Origin: a virus
Virus record (IMG/VR): IMGVR_UViG_3300023171_000011
Span: 10,859 to 74,858 of that record
DNA length: 64,000 nucleotides
Direction: 5' to 3' (one strand)
The notes beneath the pieces were generated by a model. The model saw nothing but the letters and a program-made list of their open reading frames with translations. It was not told the DNA's origin and searched no databases. This document shows positions 48,465 to 57,519 of the stretch, piece by piece. How positions within the stretch are numbered: the first letter of the stretch is position 1; every line of letters starts with the position of its first letter. The position numbers and the translations under genes were made by a program.

Positions 48465-48773
48465 ATGAACTTTAACAACGAAAACCTAACACCTCGTGCT
48501 ATACTAGCGTACTTTTGGAGTGTTGTGACTGCTTTTCTTATTTATTACATTCTACGGAATTGGGGTGCAGAGAAAGAAATACTTACTCTCATTATTGGTT
48601 TGATTGGCGGTACTATACTTGGCGGCATATTTGGAGTTTACTTTGCAGGATCTCACAAGCTGCCACTCAATGATCAAAAGACAACGACAGAGGTAAGTCC
48701 TGATGGTTCCGCTACTGTTACGACTGAGCCGGTTACTTCACCAACTAAACCCACAGAAGATGCAAGTAAATAG
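48465..48773 (+). CDS. holin-like 2-TM protein
   Basis: Two TM segments, YFAGS motif, hydrophilic tail. Confidence 0.55.
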   Translation: MNFNNENLTPRAILAYFWSVVTAFLIYYILRNWGAEKEILTLIIGLIGGTILGGIFGVYFAGSHKLPLNDQKTTTEVSPDGSATVTTEPVTSPTKPTEDASK

Positions 48774-49305
48774 AAACGTCTACATTGTTTGGATACTTTT
48801 ATCTGGACTTGCTTTAGCTACGGCTTTTAGCTCTTGTGGGACACGAAAATCTAATCTTGCGACCACTTACTCCAAAGAGAAAGAAAAGTCCTCTACAGAG
48901 GCTAATATTGCGTCAAATGAAGAGTATAAAGGCGGAGAGGACAGTAAGGAAACTAGTGAGCAACACAATGACGTGACCACTACGGAGTCGGTGAAGAAAT
49001 ATGGGCCTGACGGGAAGCTATTTGAAGACCGGACAACGACTACAGTTGACAAGAGCAAGAAGTCAAGCACATCGAATAAAAAGACTTGGTGGAGTTACAA
49101 GATCAAAACCCGGCTAGATATCCGGACGACTACTTATGAACTTAAAATTGTGAAGACCAAGAGTAAATTAGTGGATGCAGATAAGACGGTGGCTAAAAAC
49201 CTTGGATCAAAATGGATTCTCGCAGGGCTTTTATGTTTAGCTATTATCTTGGCTTATGTGTATTGGAGTCGAAAGAATATTCGATCAGCGGATAGTAAGT
49301 TTTAA
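48760..49305 (+). CDS. putative unimolecular spanin
   Basis: Lipobox AFSS-C at N-terminus and C-terminal TM helix; last gene of lysis cassette. Confidence 0.6.
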   Translation: MQVNRNVYIVWILLSGLALATAFSSCGTRKSNLATTYSKEKEKSSTEANIASNEEYKGGEDSKETSEQHNDVTTTESVKKYGPDGKLFEDRTTTTVDKSKKSSTSNKKTWWSYKIKTRLDIRTTTYELKIVKTKSKLVDADKTVAKNLGSKWILAGLLCLAIILAYVYWSRKNIRSADSKF

Positions 49306-49308
49306 ATT

Positions 49309-49338
49309 AGGGAGGTTTTAGGCCTCCTTTTTTATTTT
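49309..49338. terminator. terminator at convergence of the two genome arms
   Basis: agggagg...cctcctt plus T run. Confidence 0.65.
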
Positions 49339-49724
49339 ACAGAGTAACCAAGCTTTTTGAGTATTGATAAGCTTTTCTTGTCATTTGGTTTTACTTCTAG
49401 CTTAAGGATTAACTTTTTGTACAGATCGATTGTGGCTCTTTCCTTGTCTATCTGCTTTAACAAACATCTGATGGTATTTAAGGAGTCATTTATTGTGGTA
49501 TCATTCACGGCTTTACCGTTTCTTTCAACAGTAATAGTCATATATGCTTTATTAAACCGGTATTCTGTACCACGAGGCGTTTTAAGTGTATCTATCTTTT
49601 GGTATGTGTGTTTATGGGTTTCTGTCCATGATCCAATTATTTTAAAGTTAGAACTAACTTGTGTTTGACTTTGGGCTTTAGCGCATAATACTAGGATTAC
49701 GCATATAAGAATTATCTTTTTCAT
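49332..49724 (-). CDS. secreted hypothetical protein
   Basis: Signal peptide MKKIILICVILVLCAKAQSQ. Confidence 0.55.
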   Translation of the reverse strand: MKKIILICVILVLCAKAQSQTQVSSNFKIIGSWTETHKHTYQKIDTLKTPRGTEYRFNKAYMTITVERNGKAVNDTTINDSLNTIRCLLKQIDKERATIDLYKKLILKLEVKPNDKKSLSILKKLGYSVK

Positions 49725-49903
49725 GATTTGAATAAATTATAAATAGTGATTATAGCTATGGTCATCATCAATGAAATGAATACTAGCGTTTCGTGTCCTC
49801 TCATTAGATTTACCATATCCTCAAGGAAGTAAATAAACAACAGCATAAAAATTGGATAGGATACAATTATGCCTTTATCTACTATGTCTTTACTTAGCTT
49901 CAT
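49721..49903 (-). CDS. small membrane protein
   Basis: Two hydrophobic segments; overlaps next start. Confidence 0.4.
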   Translation of the reverse strand: MKLSKDIVDKGIIVSYPIFMLLFIYFLEDMVNLMRGHETLVFISLMMTIAIITIYNLFKS

Positions 49904-50050
49904 ATGGCTTTAAATTGGTGGTAATAATATTCTATATATGAATTTGAGGACTTGCCTATATAATTCATACGCAAGTGAAATAGATATTTTATTGACATAT
50001 TCCTACTTAGCGACTTTGCTCTTTTTATGTTATTAAATTTCATAGTAATA

Positions 50051-50290
50051 TTACTTATTATCTAGTGTATTTAAATGAATAAATCTTAGGTTCGCTATCT
50101 CTGAGTCTTTCATTTTACTGTGGGTTATAGCAAAGTTATAAGCAGCGTTAGAGGTGGCTATAAGATCGCATATCTGTTGATACTTGTTCCTGTCGTTTTC
50201 ATCACTGTTCATAACTGCATATTGAGCGATATCCTCTGGCTGTACAGTTAACGGGTTGTCCATCATTTCTTGATAATCCCTATGCTTCAT
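50051..50290 (-). CDS. hypothetical protein
   Basis: ORF in - strand run. Confidence 0.5.
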   Translation of the reverse strand: MKHRDYQEMMDNPLTVQPEDIAQYAVMNSDENDRNKYQQICDLIATSNAAYNFAITHSKMKDSEIANLRFIHLNTLDNK

Positions 50291-50391
50291 TTCATTTTTC
50301 TTTTAAAGAGCCCCCACTATGGAGAGCTCTCTGGTTTATAGCCTATTTCGCAGTAGTCTATGATGATTAACTTATTTGCCTACTACTTTTG

Positions 50392-50565
50392 TTACTTTGA
50401 GTTCTTAGCCTCCGTTACCTGGGTTCTGATCAACTGAGCTAGAACCTTTACTTCTTGAAGGGACTTACGAATCCGGGTTCCTGCAGCTTTGTTTCCTTCT
50501 GAAAACTTTAATACATCCGCTTGCATAGAAGCTACTTTGTCTTTTAATTCCGTGAATTTTTCCAT
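50392..50565 (-). CDS. histone H1-like (Hc1-family) nucleoid protein, 57 aa
   Basis: MEKFTELK...GNKAAGTRIRKSLQEVKVLAQLIR; missed by ORF track. Confidence 0.85.
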   Translation of the reverse strand: MEKFTELKDKVASMQADVLKFSEGNKAAGTRIRKSLQEVKVLAQLIRTQVTEAKNSK

Positions 50566-50597
50566 TGTTTTTGATTTAATTGTTATGATTGAATTGA

Positions 50598-50987
50598 TTA
50601 ATACTTGTTACCACCGTCTTTATCACGGTTTTCTTTTTTGTGATCGGCCCTTTGTTGATTGTATTTTAGTTTTTCAATCAAGGCACCACCTAAATCGTAA
50701 CCTTCTATGCCGGCCAAGTCACACACCCGTATGATTACATCAGCAAGCTCTACTTCGGCCATTGGCCTGTTGGGTAGGTGATCGTCCATAAGTCCCTTAC
50801 GGTGTCCTTCTAGGGCTTCTGATGCTTCGCTATGGATAAGTGCTATCCTTGTCCCGAACTCTACAGGCTTATCGTGCCAACCTGAGTCTTTTGATAGACC
50901 TGAGCAGAGTCTTACTAGGGTATTTAACTGATCGGCCATATAGGTCCCTAATACTCTTAACTCTTGCTGATTGTTTGTTTCTTCCAT
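50598..50987 (-). CDS. MazG-like nucleotide pyrophosphohydrolase
   Basis: IALIHSEASEALE...EVELADVIIR; start MEET at 50987. Confidence 0.8.
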   Translation of the reverse strand: MEETNNQQELRVLGTYMADQLNTLVRLCSGLSKDSGWHDKPVEFGTRIALIHSEASEALEGHRKGLMDDHLPNRPMAEVELADVIIRVCDLAGIEGYDLGGALIEKLKYNQQRADHKKENRDKDGGNKY

Positions 50988-50988
50988 G

Positions 50989-51264
50989 TTATTTGATTTT
51001 AAGTAAATTTTGATACTTGGCGACCGAATCAGAAAACCTCTTTCTATCTGATTTATGTCCATTCTGACTACTGTCTATATATACTTCCATAAAAGCCGTA
51101 TAAGCGGCTAATTGTTCGTAAGTGAGGCAACGGCATGGTTCGGGTTGTTGGGTGGCTTGTGAGGGCTTAAAACGATGTGTTATATCCCACGCTGTACAGA
51201 ATACAAAGTGACAAACCAATATTATGAGGACTGTATCCTTTATTGGAGGTGAATAGTATTTCAT
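50989..51264 (-). CDS. hypothetical protein with N-terminal hydrophobic segment
   Basis: ORF in operon. Confidence 0.45.
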   Translation of the reverse strand: MKYYSPPIKDTVLIILVCHFVFCTAWDITHRFKPSQATQQPEPCRCLTYEQLAAYTAFMEVYIDSSQNGHKSDRKRFSDSVAKYQNLLKIK

Positions 51265-51473
51265 ATTTTGTTTTTAAGCATTAATGTAGAGGTAAGTGAA
51301 TTTAAATATTCGACCAAAGATTTTGTGGACTTCACGAATGGTAAGCATCCCTTAAATCTGATCATAGCATATTTATCTTCTACAGCCATAACCGTAAGTA
51401 TCACGTTATTTTCCGACTGACGCACCAAAAACTTCTGACCTTTTTTAAATTCAAAATCTTTAGTTATCATCAC
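51261..51473 (-). CDS. hypothetical protein
   Basis: Overlapping ORF chain. Confidence 0.45.
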   Translation of the reverse strand: MMITKDFEFKKGQKFLVRQSENNVILTVMAVEDKYAMIRFKGCLPFVKSTKSLVEYLNSLTSTLMLKNKI

Positions 51474-51693
51474 TCAATAGTTTAGTAATATCAGTCATCA
51501 CCTCGGAGTCGTCTTCAATATAGTAGTCTCCGTGTTTCTCTACATTCAGCTTGATCTCTCTGAGAATGTCGGTTGCTTGCTTGAGTTTGGATTCAAGTTG
51601 ATTGTTTCGAAGACTCAGATCATTGTTCTGATTCTTTACGCTGTCGTAGCCTAATACCTTAAGCTGATCGGTTGAGTTGTTTTGGTCTTTCAT
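51460..51693 (-). CDS. hypothetical coiled-coil protein
   Basis: Overlapping ORF chain. Confidence 0.45.
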   Translation of the reverse strand: MKDQNNSTDQLKVLGYDSVKNQNNDLSLRNNQLESKLKQATDILREIKLNVEKHGDYYIEDDSEVMTDITKLLSDDN

Positions 51694-51893
51694 ATATAGA
51701 TTATTTGCCCTGTTTTAATCATTGAATTAATATGCTTAGGATTTTTGTGAGGATTAATTGATGTCGGGTAGTGTTTTGCTAAAATTACATATTGGTCAGA
51801 CCTCATCAACTTTAGCTTACCACGTATAGATATTTTTCTAATAATATTTTTCATTTTGCTATCTAAGTTTATGATCGATTTGATCGAGTTCAA
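51690..51893 (-). CDS. hypothetical protein
   Basis: Overlapping ORF chain; start uncertain. Confidence 0.35.
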   Translation of the reverse strand: MNSIKSIINLDSKMKNIIRKISIRGKLKLMRSDQYVILAKHYPTSINPHKNPKHINSMIKTGQIIYI

Positions 51894-52047
51894 AAAGTAG
51901 TGTGTCTAATTGCGATAAATAAAGAGTTGGCACGTTAGTCATTCCCCTTATATCTTCCTCTGATTCTTTTACAACTTTTGATGCCATTTCTACTATCTGG
52001 TCTTTTTTTAGCTGATGCTCTGCTTGTAATAATAATTTTTCTTGCAT
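51859..52047 (-). CDS. hypothetical protein
   Basis: ORF in operon. Confidence 0.45.
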   Translation of the reverse strand: MQEKLLLQAEHQLKKDQIVEMASKVVKESEEDIRGMTNVPTLYLSQLDTLLFELDQIDHKLR

Positions 52048-52050
52048 GGT

Positions 52051-52554
52051 TTATAAGATTATGATTTTTGATTTCAATGTATCAGGCACAGTGGACCATC
52101 CAAGTTTACCATGCCACGCAAAAGGTTCTATAGCCTGTACCTCTCCATATTCATGGCACCACAATTGTTTTTTAGTAGTTCCTTTTGCTCCTTCTTTATA
52201 CCATGGACTTACGTACTGTACAAAACAATTCTCAGAGTCATTACTGTTCATTGGTTGGCTATTTATAAGCTTACCGATGGCTATAGCGACTCCGGTTGGT
52301 TGAGTTGACCAATTAGAAGTATCGCCTTGAAAGGTGTCATATATCCTCTTAAATTGAGCGTCACCTGATATTTCTCTTAATTGCTTACTTGAGTAAGGTG
52401 CTTTGCTTGCGCAGATAAGAACCCAACCTAAATATTTTGAGCCCCATACCCTTGTTTCTACTTTTCCATGCAACATAAGTGATGCAAATGGTTGTTTCCA
52501 ACTCAAAGCCTTTAAGGTTTCGTTTGGATACTTGTCGGTAAATGTTGTTTTCAT
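52051..52554 (-). CDS. ASCH domain protein
   Basis: KALSWKQPFASL..GKVETR, VLICAS, HGKLGW; start 52554. Confidence 0.8.
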   Translation of the reverse strand: MKTTFTDKYPNETLKALSWKQPFASLMLHGKVETRVWGSKYLGWVLICASKAPYSSKQLREISGDAQFKRIYDTFQGDTSNWSTQPTGVAIAIGKLINSQPMNSNDSENCFVQYVSPWYKEGAKGTTKKQLWCHEYGEVQAIEPFAWHGKLGWSTVPDTLKSKIIIL

Positions 52555-52556
52555 AT

Positions 52557-52949
52557 TTATACTTTTGATTTTAATGTGATTACTTCTGTTGTTTCGCTTT
52601 GTTTCTTTGGGAGGATGTGTTTGGTTATCCATTGGGTAATTGTGTAGACTGAAACATTGTGTCTGTCTCCGATAACCGTCATAGGGTCAAATGTAGTGCA
52701 GTAGTCTTCCATGACCTCAGCAACCTTAGCGTTGGAGTGTTGGTTAGACTGAAACTTTCTTGGTGGACTGTAGGGCTTCATTCCGTAGTCCCTGAGCTTC
52801 ATATAGATTAAGAAGATACTAAAACCCAATGCTTTTGCCATATGGATTGTAGTACAGGTTTTATGGTGCATCACAAGATATTCTAGGTCCTGTTGAGAGA
52901 ACATCTTTCTGGTGGTGTTTTTTACACGTGTTTCCTTTAAGGTTAGCAT
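52557..52949 (-). CDS. putative HTH DNA-binding protein
   Basis: MAKALG and IGDRHNVSVYTITQW helix-turn-helix patterns; promoter TACATTTG at 52985-52978. Confidence 0.5.
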   Translation of the reverse strand: MLTLKETRVKNTTRKMFSQQDLEYLVMHHKTCTTIHMAKALGFSIFLIYMKLRDYGMKPYSPPRKFQSNQHSNAKVAEVMEDYCTTFDPMTVIGDRHNVSVYTITQWITKHILPKKQSETTEVITLKSKV

Positions 52950-53022
52950 TGGTTGGTGGTAATTTTGTTTTCTTAATCAAATGTAAACGTCGTGTCTTTT
53001 AAAACCTAGAGAAAGTTGATAT

Positions 53023-53565
53023 TTATTTTCTACTCCTTTCGGACTTACTCTTTATTTTGTGGCAATCAACGCACATAAAGGTGAAATTAGATAGCCAACA
53101 AGCACCTCCACCTTGATGAACCGGAAGTGTGTGCTCTAAATGAATAGGTGTGCAAATCATTCCGTATTGACTAGGTTTTGCAGGGATGTCGTCTGAACAC
53201 TTTCCGCATTTACAGCACCTATAATCGTAAACCTCATTTAAAGCTACCTTTATAAAGTCTGCCTTACCGATCAAAATACACAAAACTTGTCTACCGAAAA
53301 TTGAACACTCCTCTGTGGCCCACGAACTTCGTCTACCCTCACATTTGGCACCACAACCGCACCTACATATTTTTTCTTCGTTAGAGGGGAATACCCATTC
53401 CATCGGCACATAGTTATTGCGCTGGTAGGCATTTATCTTATCAGATATAGCTTCATATACCGGAGTTGGGTCAAATTGAAATAACCGACGGAAGCGTGGG
53501 TTGATCTCCGATAGGTCGTCAATGATTAACATTTGTCTAGCTTGCTGTATTAAATCTAAGGCCAT
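53023..53565 (-). CDS. HNH endonuclease with N-terminal CRCGCG zinc site
   Basis: CCKC...LEHTLPVHQGGG...NF..MCVDCH. Confidence 0.75.
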   Translation of the reverse strand: MALDLIQQARQMLIIDDLSEINPRFRRLFQFDPTPVYEAISDKINAYQRNNYVPMEWVFPSNEEKICRCGCGAKCEGRRSSWATEECSIFGRQVLCILIGKADFIKVALNEVYDYRCCKCGKCSDDIPAKPSQYGMICTPIHLEHTLPVHQGGGACWLSNFTFMCVDCHKIKSKSERSRK

Positions 53566-53568
53566 GAT

Positions 53569-53850
53569 TTATACTTTTAAGTCATTGAGGTGTTTAATAA
53601 GGTAAAGTCGCCCAAAACACTTGAATTGAAACACTACATTTTCCATATTGATACGAGCACCGATGTTGTTTATGGTTTCGCTTGCTTCTTCTCTTGTGAC
53701 TTCGTACTCTGTGTATTGGGCTACAAAATGATCTACTGAGATGGTCCCTATTATCACTATTCTAAACCCAATAAAAATAGCTGTACCGGTATAGTTGTTA
53801 ACTATTTCTTGAGCCTCATTTAAGTTCTTTATCATTGCTAATTTATCCAT
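53569..53850 (-). CDS. hypothetical protein
   Basis: ORF in operon. Confidence 0.45.
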   Translation of the reverse strand: MDKLAMIKNLNEAQEIVNNYTGTAIFIGFRIVIIGTISVDHFVAQYTEYEVTREEASETINNIGARINMENVVFQFKCFGRLYLIKHLNDLKV

Positions 53851-54424
53851 GATCTTTATATTTTTTTATGATATCCAAATAATCCTGTTTACTCATTTTA
53901 AATGCTTGACCGTACTTGAATGACTCCAGCCATAAAACCTTTTCTAATCCTATCTTTTCAATAAGGTTGACTCTGTATCCGATTAGGTGGTTAGGGTCGT
54001 TACGATTGCAATTTTCACATTCCGAGTTAGCGTTAAGTTCATTGAATTTTAACTCAAGGATAGTCCCTGGGCGATAGTGTCCGCAATCACAAACATCAAT
54101 GTGCTGATAGACTCCGCAACTAATACATTTGAACTGACTACCCTCAGCATCACGTTTACGTATGAAGCGATTAAAGAGTATTGTAGCGAGTTTCTTTAGC
54201 GCACTAAGGCTAAGTTCCTTTGTTTTCTTTTTAGTCGCTGTAATCGGCTTATTTGGCTTCGTTTCGGTTGACTTTGCTATTGGTTTCCTTATGGTGTGAC
54301 ACTGAAATGAGTTGTGCTTATTTATTGCTCCACAATGTTTGCACGTAACCGTTTTATTCTCTTTCACGTTTCCTCCTCCTCCTTGGTTTACCTCTTTCTG
54401 ATAAATATTCAATAGCGTTATCAA
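53843..54424 (-). CDS. ninG: NinG/Rap-like recombination endonuclease
   Basis: FNRFIRKRD, CISCG, DCGHY, FNELNANSECENCN; true start may be GTG 54367. Confidence 0.8.
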   Translation of the reverse strand: MITLLNIYQKEVNQGGGGNVKENKTVTCKHCGAINKHNSFQCHTIRKPIAKSTETKPNKPITATKKKTKELSLSALKKLATILFNRFIRKRDAEGSQFKCISCGVYQHIDVCDCGHYRPGTILELKFNELNANSECENCNRNDPNHLIGYRVNLIEKIGLEKVLWLESFKYGQAFKMSKQDYLDIIKKYKDHG

Positions 54425-54653
54425 CCATCATCATGTCCCAAGTATATCTGCGTTTGAAATTCCTACTGTATGAGTAATTTTGCATTGAATCCCACTGTTC
54501 TTTTGTGTACTGTTGTGCTGCTTTGCCGTTTACAGTCCAATAGTGAGTATAATAATACCATGGGTCTTTACATCTTTCCATTTCAGCTAACCAAAATTCT
54601 TTAGTTGGTTCTGCTGTATGAATGGTTTCTGGTATGAAGTTAAATTGTTCCAT
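54354..54653 (-). CDS. hypothetical protein resembling a terminase N-terminal segment
   Basis: EFWLAEMERCKDPWYYYTHYW. Confidence 0.4.
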   Translation of the reverse strand: MEQFNFIPETIHTAEPTKEFWLAEMERCKDPWYYYTHYWTVNGKAAQQYTKEQWDSMQNYSYSRNFKRRYTWDMMMVDNAIEYLSERGKPRRRRKRERE

Positions 54654-54693
54654 AGCTAATCAATTAAAGTTCTTTTTTTGGCAACAGGACTTT

Positions 54694-55014
54694 TTATTTT
54701 TCATAATCATAATTAAATGTGGTTGTGTAGTTGAATTTATCTTCTAGCCAAAACATAGCAATTTGAGACATCCGATGCATTAAAGCCTTGGATTTCATAT
54801 TTAACTTAATTATACCACTTTCTACAAGTATACCATTATTCCTTAATACAGCTAGGCATTGGTCTTCCGCTGCCATATGAAGCTCTACAGAAGAATGTAC
54901 CTTACCCTCAGCATACTTCTCAAGAAGTCCGGCTAGAAACTCATCATTCTGATCAAAGCGTGGAGGGAGCTTCGATTGGTTAGCCATCTCCTCTAAAAAT
55001 TCTTTTCCTGTCAT
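54694..55014 (-). CDS. hypothetical protein
   Basis: ORF in operon. Confidence 0.5.
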   Translation of the reverse strand: MTGKEFLEEMANQSKLPPRFDQNDEFLAGLLEKYAEGKVHSSVELHMAAEDQCLAVLRNNGILVESGIIKLNMKSKALMHRMSQIAMFWLEDKFNYTTTFNYDYEK

Positions 55015-55025
55015 AATTATTAATT

Positions 55026-55817
55026 TTAATTACTATCAATATCTTCTAAGGCTTTTTTATAAGACTCTAAGTTTTTATTAGCGGACTCAATATTTTTGAT
55101 ATACGATTGACGCTTATTTTCTTTGTAAGCCGATAATTTGTCTGGGTCTAATGTTATACCGTATTCTTTTGCTTGTAGTATAGTATCGTCTGAAATATTT
55201 TTTGCAACTAGAAGTTCTTTAAATTTGTCTAATGCCAATTCATAATTTTTAAATGGATGGAAAGAAGCCCTATTACCGCCTGACCCATCCGAATACTGTC
55301 CTTGCTTAAATGTTAACGTACCATCATCATTTCCATAAATAGAAATTAATCTTAAGTTGCTCTTATCCCAATATCCATCGTAGCTTTCTGACTGTTGAAA
55401 TTTATCTATGTCTATCAACTCAGTTTTGTACCCTTCCACCACGATATATTTTATGTTACCGCATAGATAGTCAGTAATTAAATTGAAGCTCTCCTCAGAT
55501 ACATTTTTCAATGCCTTAGCCACATAACATAGTTTAGCTGATAATTCCTCTCTAGTTCTCCTTAACCCCTTGTTCAACTCATCCATTCTCTTATCATGAG
55601 CTTTTCTTTCTCTTTCATAAAGAGCATCTAACTTTTTTATCTCAGATTCTTTCCATGATACAGCCGGAGCATCATGCAATGATTTAACGACAAAGTTCTC
55701 TCCACTAGGAACCTCAATATTGTTTACTAAAAAAATCTCTTGCACTATTTTCTCTTGTGCGTTAAGGTTGCCGATAACTACTACTTTCTTACCGTCTGTT
55801 GTAAATTTAATTTCCAT
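55026..55817 (-). CDS. conserved phage coiled-coil protein
   Basis: TTDGKKVVVIG..IVQEIF..GENFVVKSL pattern. Confidence 0.55.
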   Translation of the reverse strand: MEIKFTTDGKKVVVIGNLNAQEKIVQEIFLVNNIEVPSGENFVVKSLHDAPAVSWKESEIKKLDALYERERKAHDKRMDELNKGLRRTREELSAKLCYVAKALKNVSEESFNLITDYLCGNIKYIVVEGYKTELIDIDKFQQSESYDGYWDKSNLRLISIYGNDDGTLTFKQGQYSDGSGGNRASFHPFKNYELALDKFKELLVAKNISDDTILQAKEYGITLDPDKLSAYKENKRQSYIKNIESANKNLESYKKALEDIDSN

Positions 55818-55853
55818 CTTTTTTAGGTTTTATATATGATTTTTACTGTCAAA

Positions 55854-56669
55854 TTATTGGGATACTACTTTATTCATCAGCCTACTCGGCCTTGAAGCAA
55901 TTATTTCAATCTTATTTGGGAGGCATCTAAACACGAGTCCTGTCTTATTGGAATGCTGGTATTTATTACTGATGTAACGTTCTCTAAATTCTCTGTAAGG
56001 GATAGCAAAAGGTTCAACTATTTTAAAGTTCCGTTGTGATCGGATAAGTTTAAGTTTGTTGAATTTCTTTTGCAGTCTTAGTCCTGTTGATTGAGATTGA
56101 TTGAATGTTGCTCCTATATTTCTGTTACTTAAAATAAAATCGTCGTTGATGGAAGTTTCTAGCTGTGTGTTGGTAAGTTTTAGCTTTTGTTGGGCCTTTA
56201 AAAGTTTTTTGGTTCCTTTAGGGTCGCTACGCTTGCTGTGATGAATCTTTATAATGTCCTTCTTTAACTTGGTGATTTTATATTGAGTGTTGAGTTTGTT
56301 TTTTATGAGTATAAATTTAACGAGAGTCTTTTGGTCTGCTATTTTGTTGATTACTCTAATGGCACATTCTGCTCCTGGAAATAGCAATAATAATTTTGCT
56401 CTGCCGGTACACAAAAGGTTTCCGTTATTATAGCTGATTAAGCCGTTTGTAGCCATTATCTCTAAATGCTTAGATAATGTGCTAGGTGAACAGTTGATCG
56501 CTCTTGAAAGGCTTCTTAATGTAAAGTTATAAATAACCCCTTTTTTATGTAACCCCCTTATTTGAGTAAAATAACTTATTGAGTTTAGCCAACCTTTTTC
56601 ATTCGCTGTTCTGACTAATCCTACGGGAAGCCAAACTTTGTGTGAATAATTGGATTGGATGTATTTCAA
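55854..56669 (-). CDS. basic winged-HTH DNA-binding protein
   Basis: LRSLSRAINCSPSTLSKHL...GLI; second HTH-like LSNRNIGATFNQSQSTG; TTG start. Confidence 0.55.
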   Translation of the reverse strand: MKYIQSNYSHKVWLPVGLVRTANEKGWLNSISYFTQIRGLHKKGVIYNFTLRSLSRAINCSPSTLSKHLEIMATNGLISYNNGNLLCTGRAKLLLLFPGAECAIRVINKIADQKTLVKFILIKNKLNTQYKITKLKKDIIKIHHSKRSDPKGTKKLLKAQQKLKLTNTQLETSINDDFILSNRNIGATFNQSQSTGLRLQKKFNKLKLIRSQRNFKIVEPFAIPYREFRERYISNKYQHSNKTGLVFRCLPNKIEIIASRPSRLMNKVVSQ

Positions 56670-56849
56670 AATAAAAGGGTTAGTAATGTCAACATTGTAC
56701 TTTGATTCGGACCCTGGCAGGACTTGTAGTACATCTGTTTTATTACTAACCCTTCTAATGTATCATTGGGGTTATTGTGTGATCGTCTGCGCCTGCCAGG
56801 GTCGCTCTGATCAATACCCAAAGATAGTGTGGTTTTTCGTTATTCCAAA
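56668..56849 (-). promoter_or_regulatory. promoter plus structured leader with 12-bp loop complementarity and terminator-like hairpin
   Basis: TTTG (56849-46), 19 nt, TATCTTTG (56826-19); 56792-56803 complementary to 56710-56721; 13-bp stem 56675-87/56742-54 plus T tract. Confidence 0.7.
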
Positions 56850-57325
56850 TAAAGTCGTGTCTTTTTTTCTAAAATATTTTCACCACATCATTTAAAGCTG
56901 CTAAAGCGAGTATAAAAAGAACTATTGCTTCAAAGACAACGAGTACTTTAATCGCTGTGTGGTTTTTGAAGGACTGGTTCGGTTGCGTTGTCATAGCTCT
57001 ACAAATTTAATAATTATCTCTTTAACTACTCTTGAAGCCGAATGAGAGATATATTCACCTCTCTTATATTTTTCGTATTGTTCCATTATACCCTCTACAG
57101 ACCAATCATAACCTTGCTCTCTGATAAAGAAATCTATTTTTTCGTGTAAAGTTTCTGCTTTATTCATTTTGTTTCCAGGTTAATTAAATCCTTCATTGTT
57201 AATTGATCGCCTTTCTCTTTAATGAGCTCATAGGTCTTAATGAACTTCTCTATATTGGTTGTGGTGATGGAGATGTTCTGCATTCTCATGGCTATCTCCA
57301 TTAGTTTTACTTCTTCGGTCATGGA

Positions 57326-57517
57326 TTAAATAATTCGGTATTCACCTTTAAGTTGTTTAATTACGTGCTCTGTTGTAGCTGTAAGACTCCCGTAGGCCAT
57401 TGCAGAGGCACCGTAGTGATCTTTATTAAACGTATCCTTAGACAGCTTTAATCCTTTTTCTAAAGTGCCTATTAATTTCTCTACGTCTTTTGCTGGTATT
57501 GATTTTATTTTGCTCAT
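57326..57517 (-). CDS. hypothetical protein
   Basis: ORF in operon. Confidence 0.45.
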   Translation of the reverse strand: MSKIKSIPAKDVEKLIGTLEKGLKLSKDTFNKDHYGASAMAYGSLTATTEHVIKQLKGEYRII

Positions 57518-57519
57518 AA

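Noticed and set aside
50489-50734. + strand ORF in the track
   Set aside because: Antisense shadow of the Hc1-like and MazG-like genes
56650-56895. + strand ORF in the track
   Set aside because: Antisense to a promoter and structured leader; no recognisable protein features
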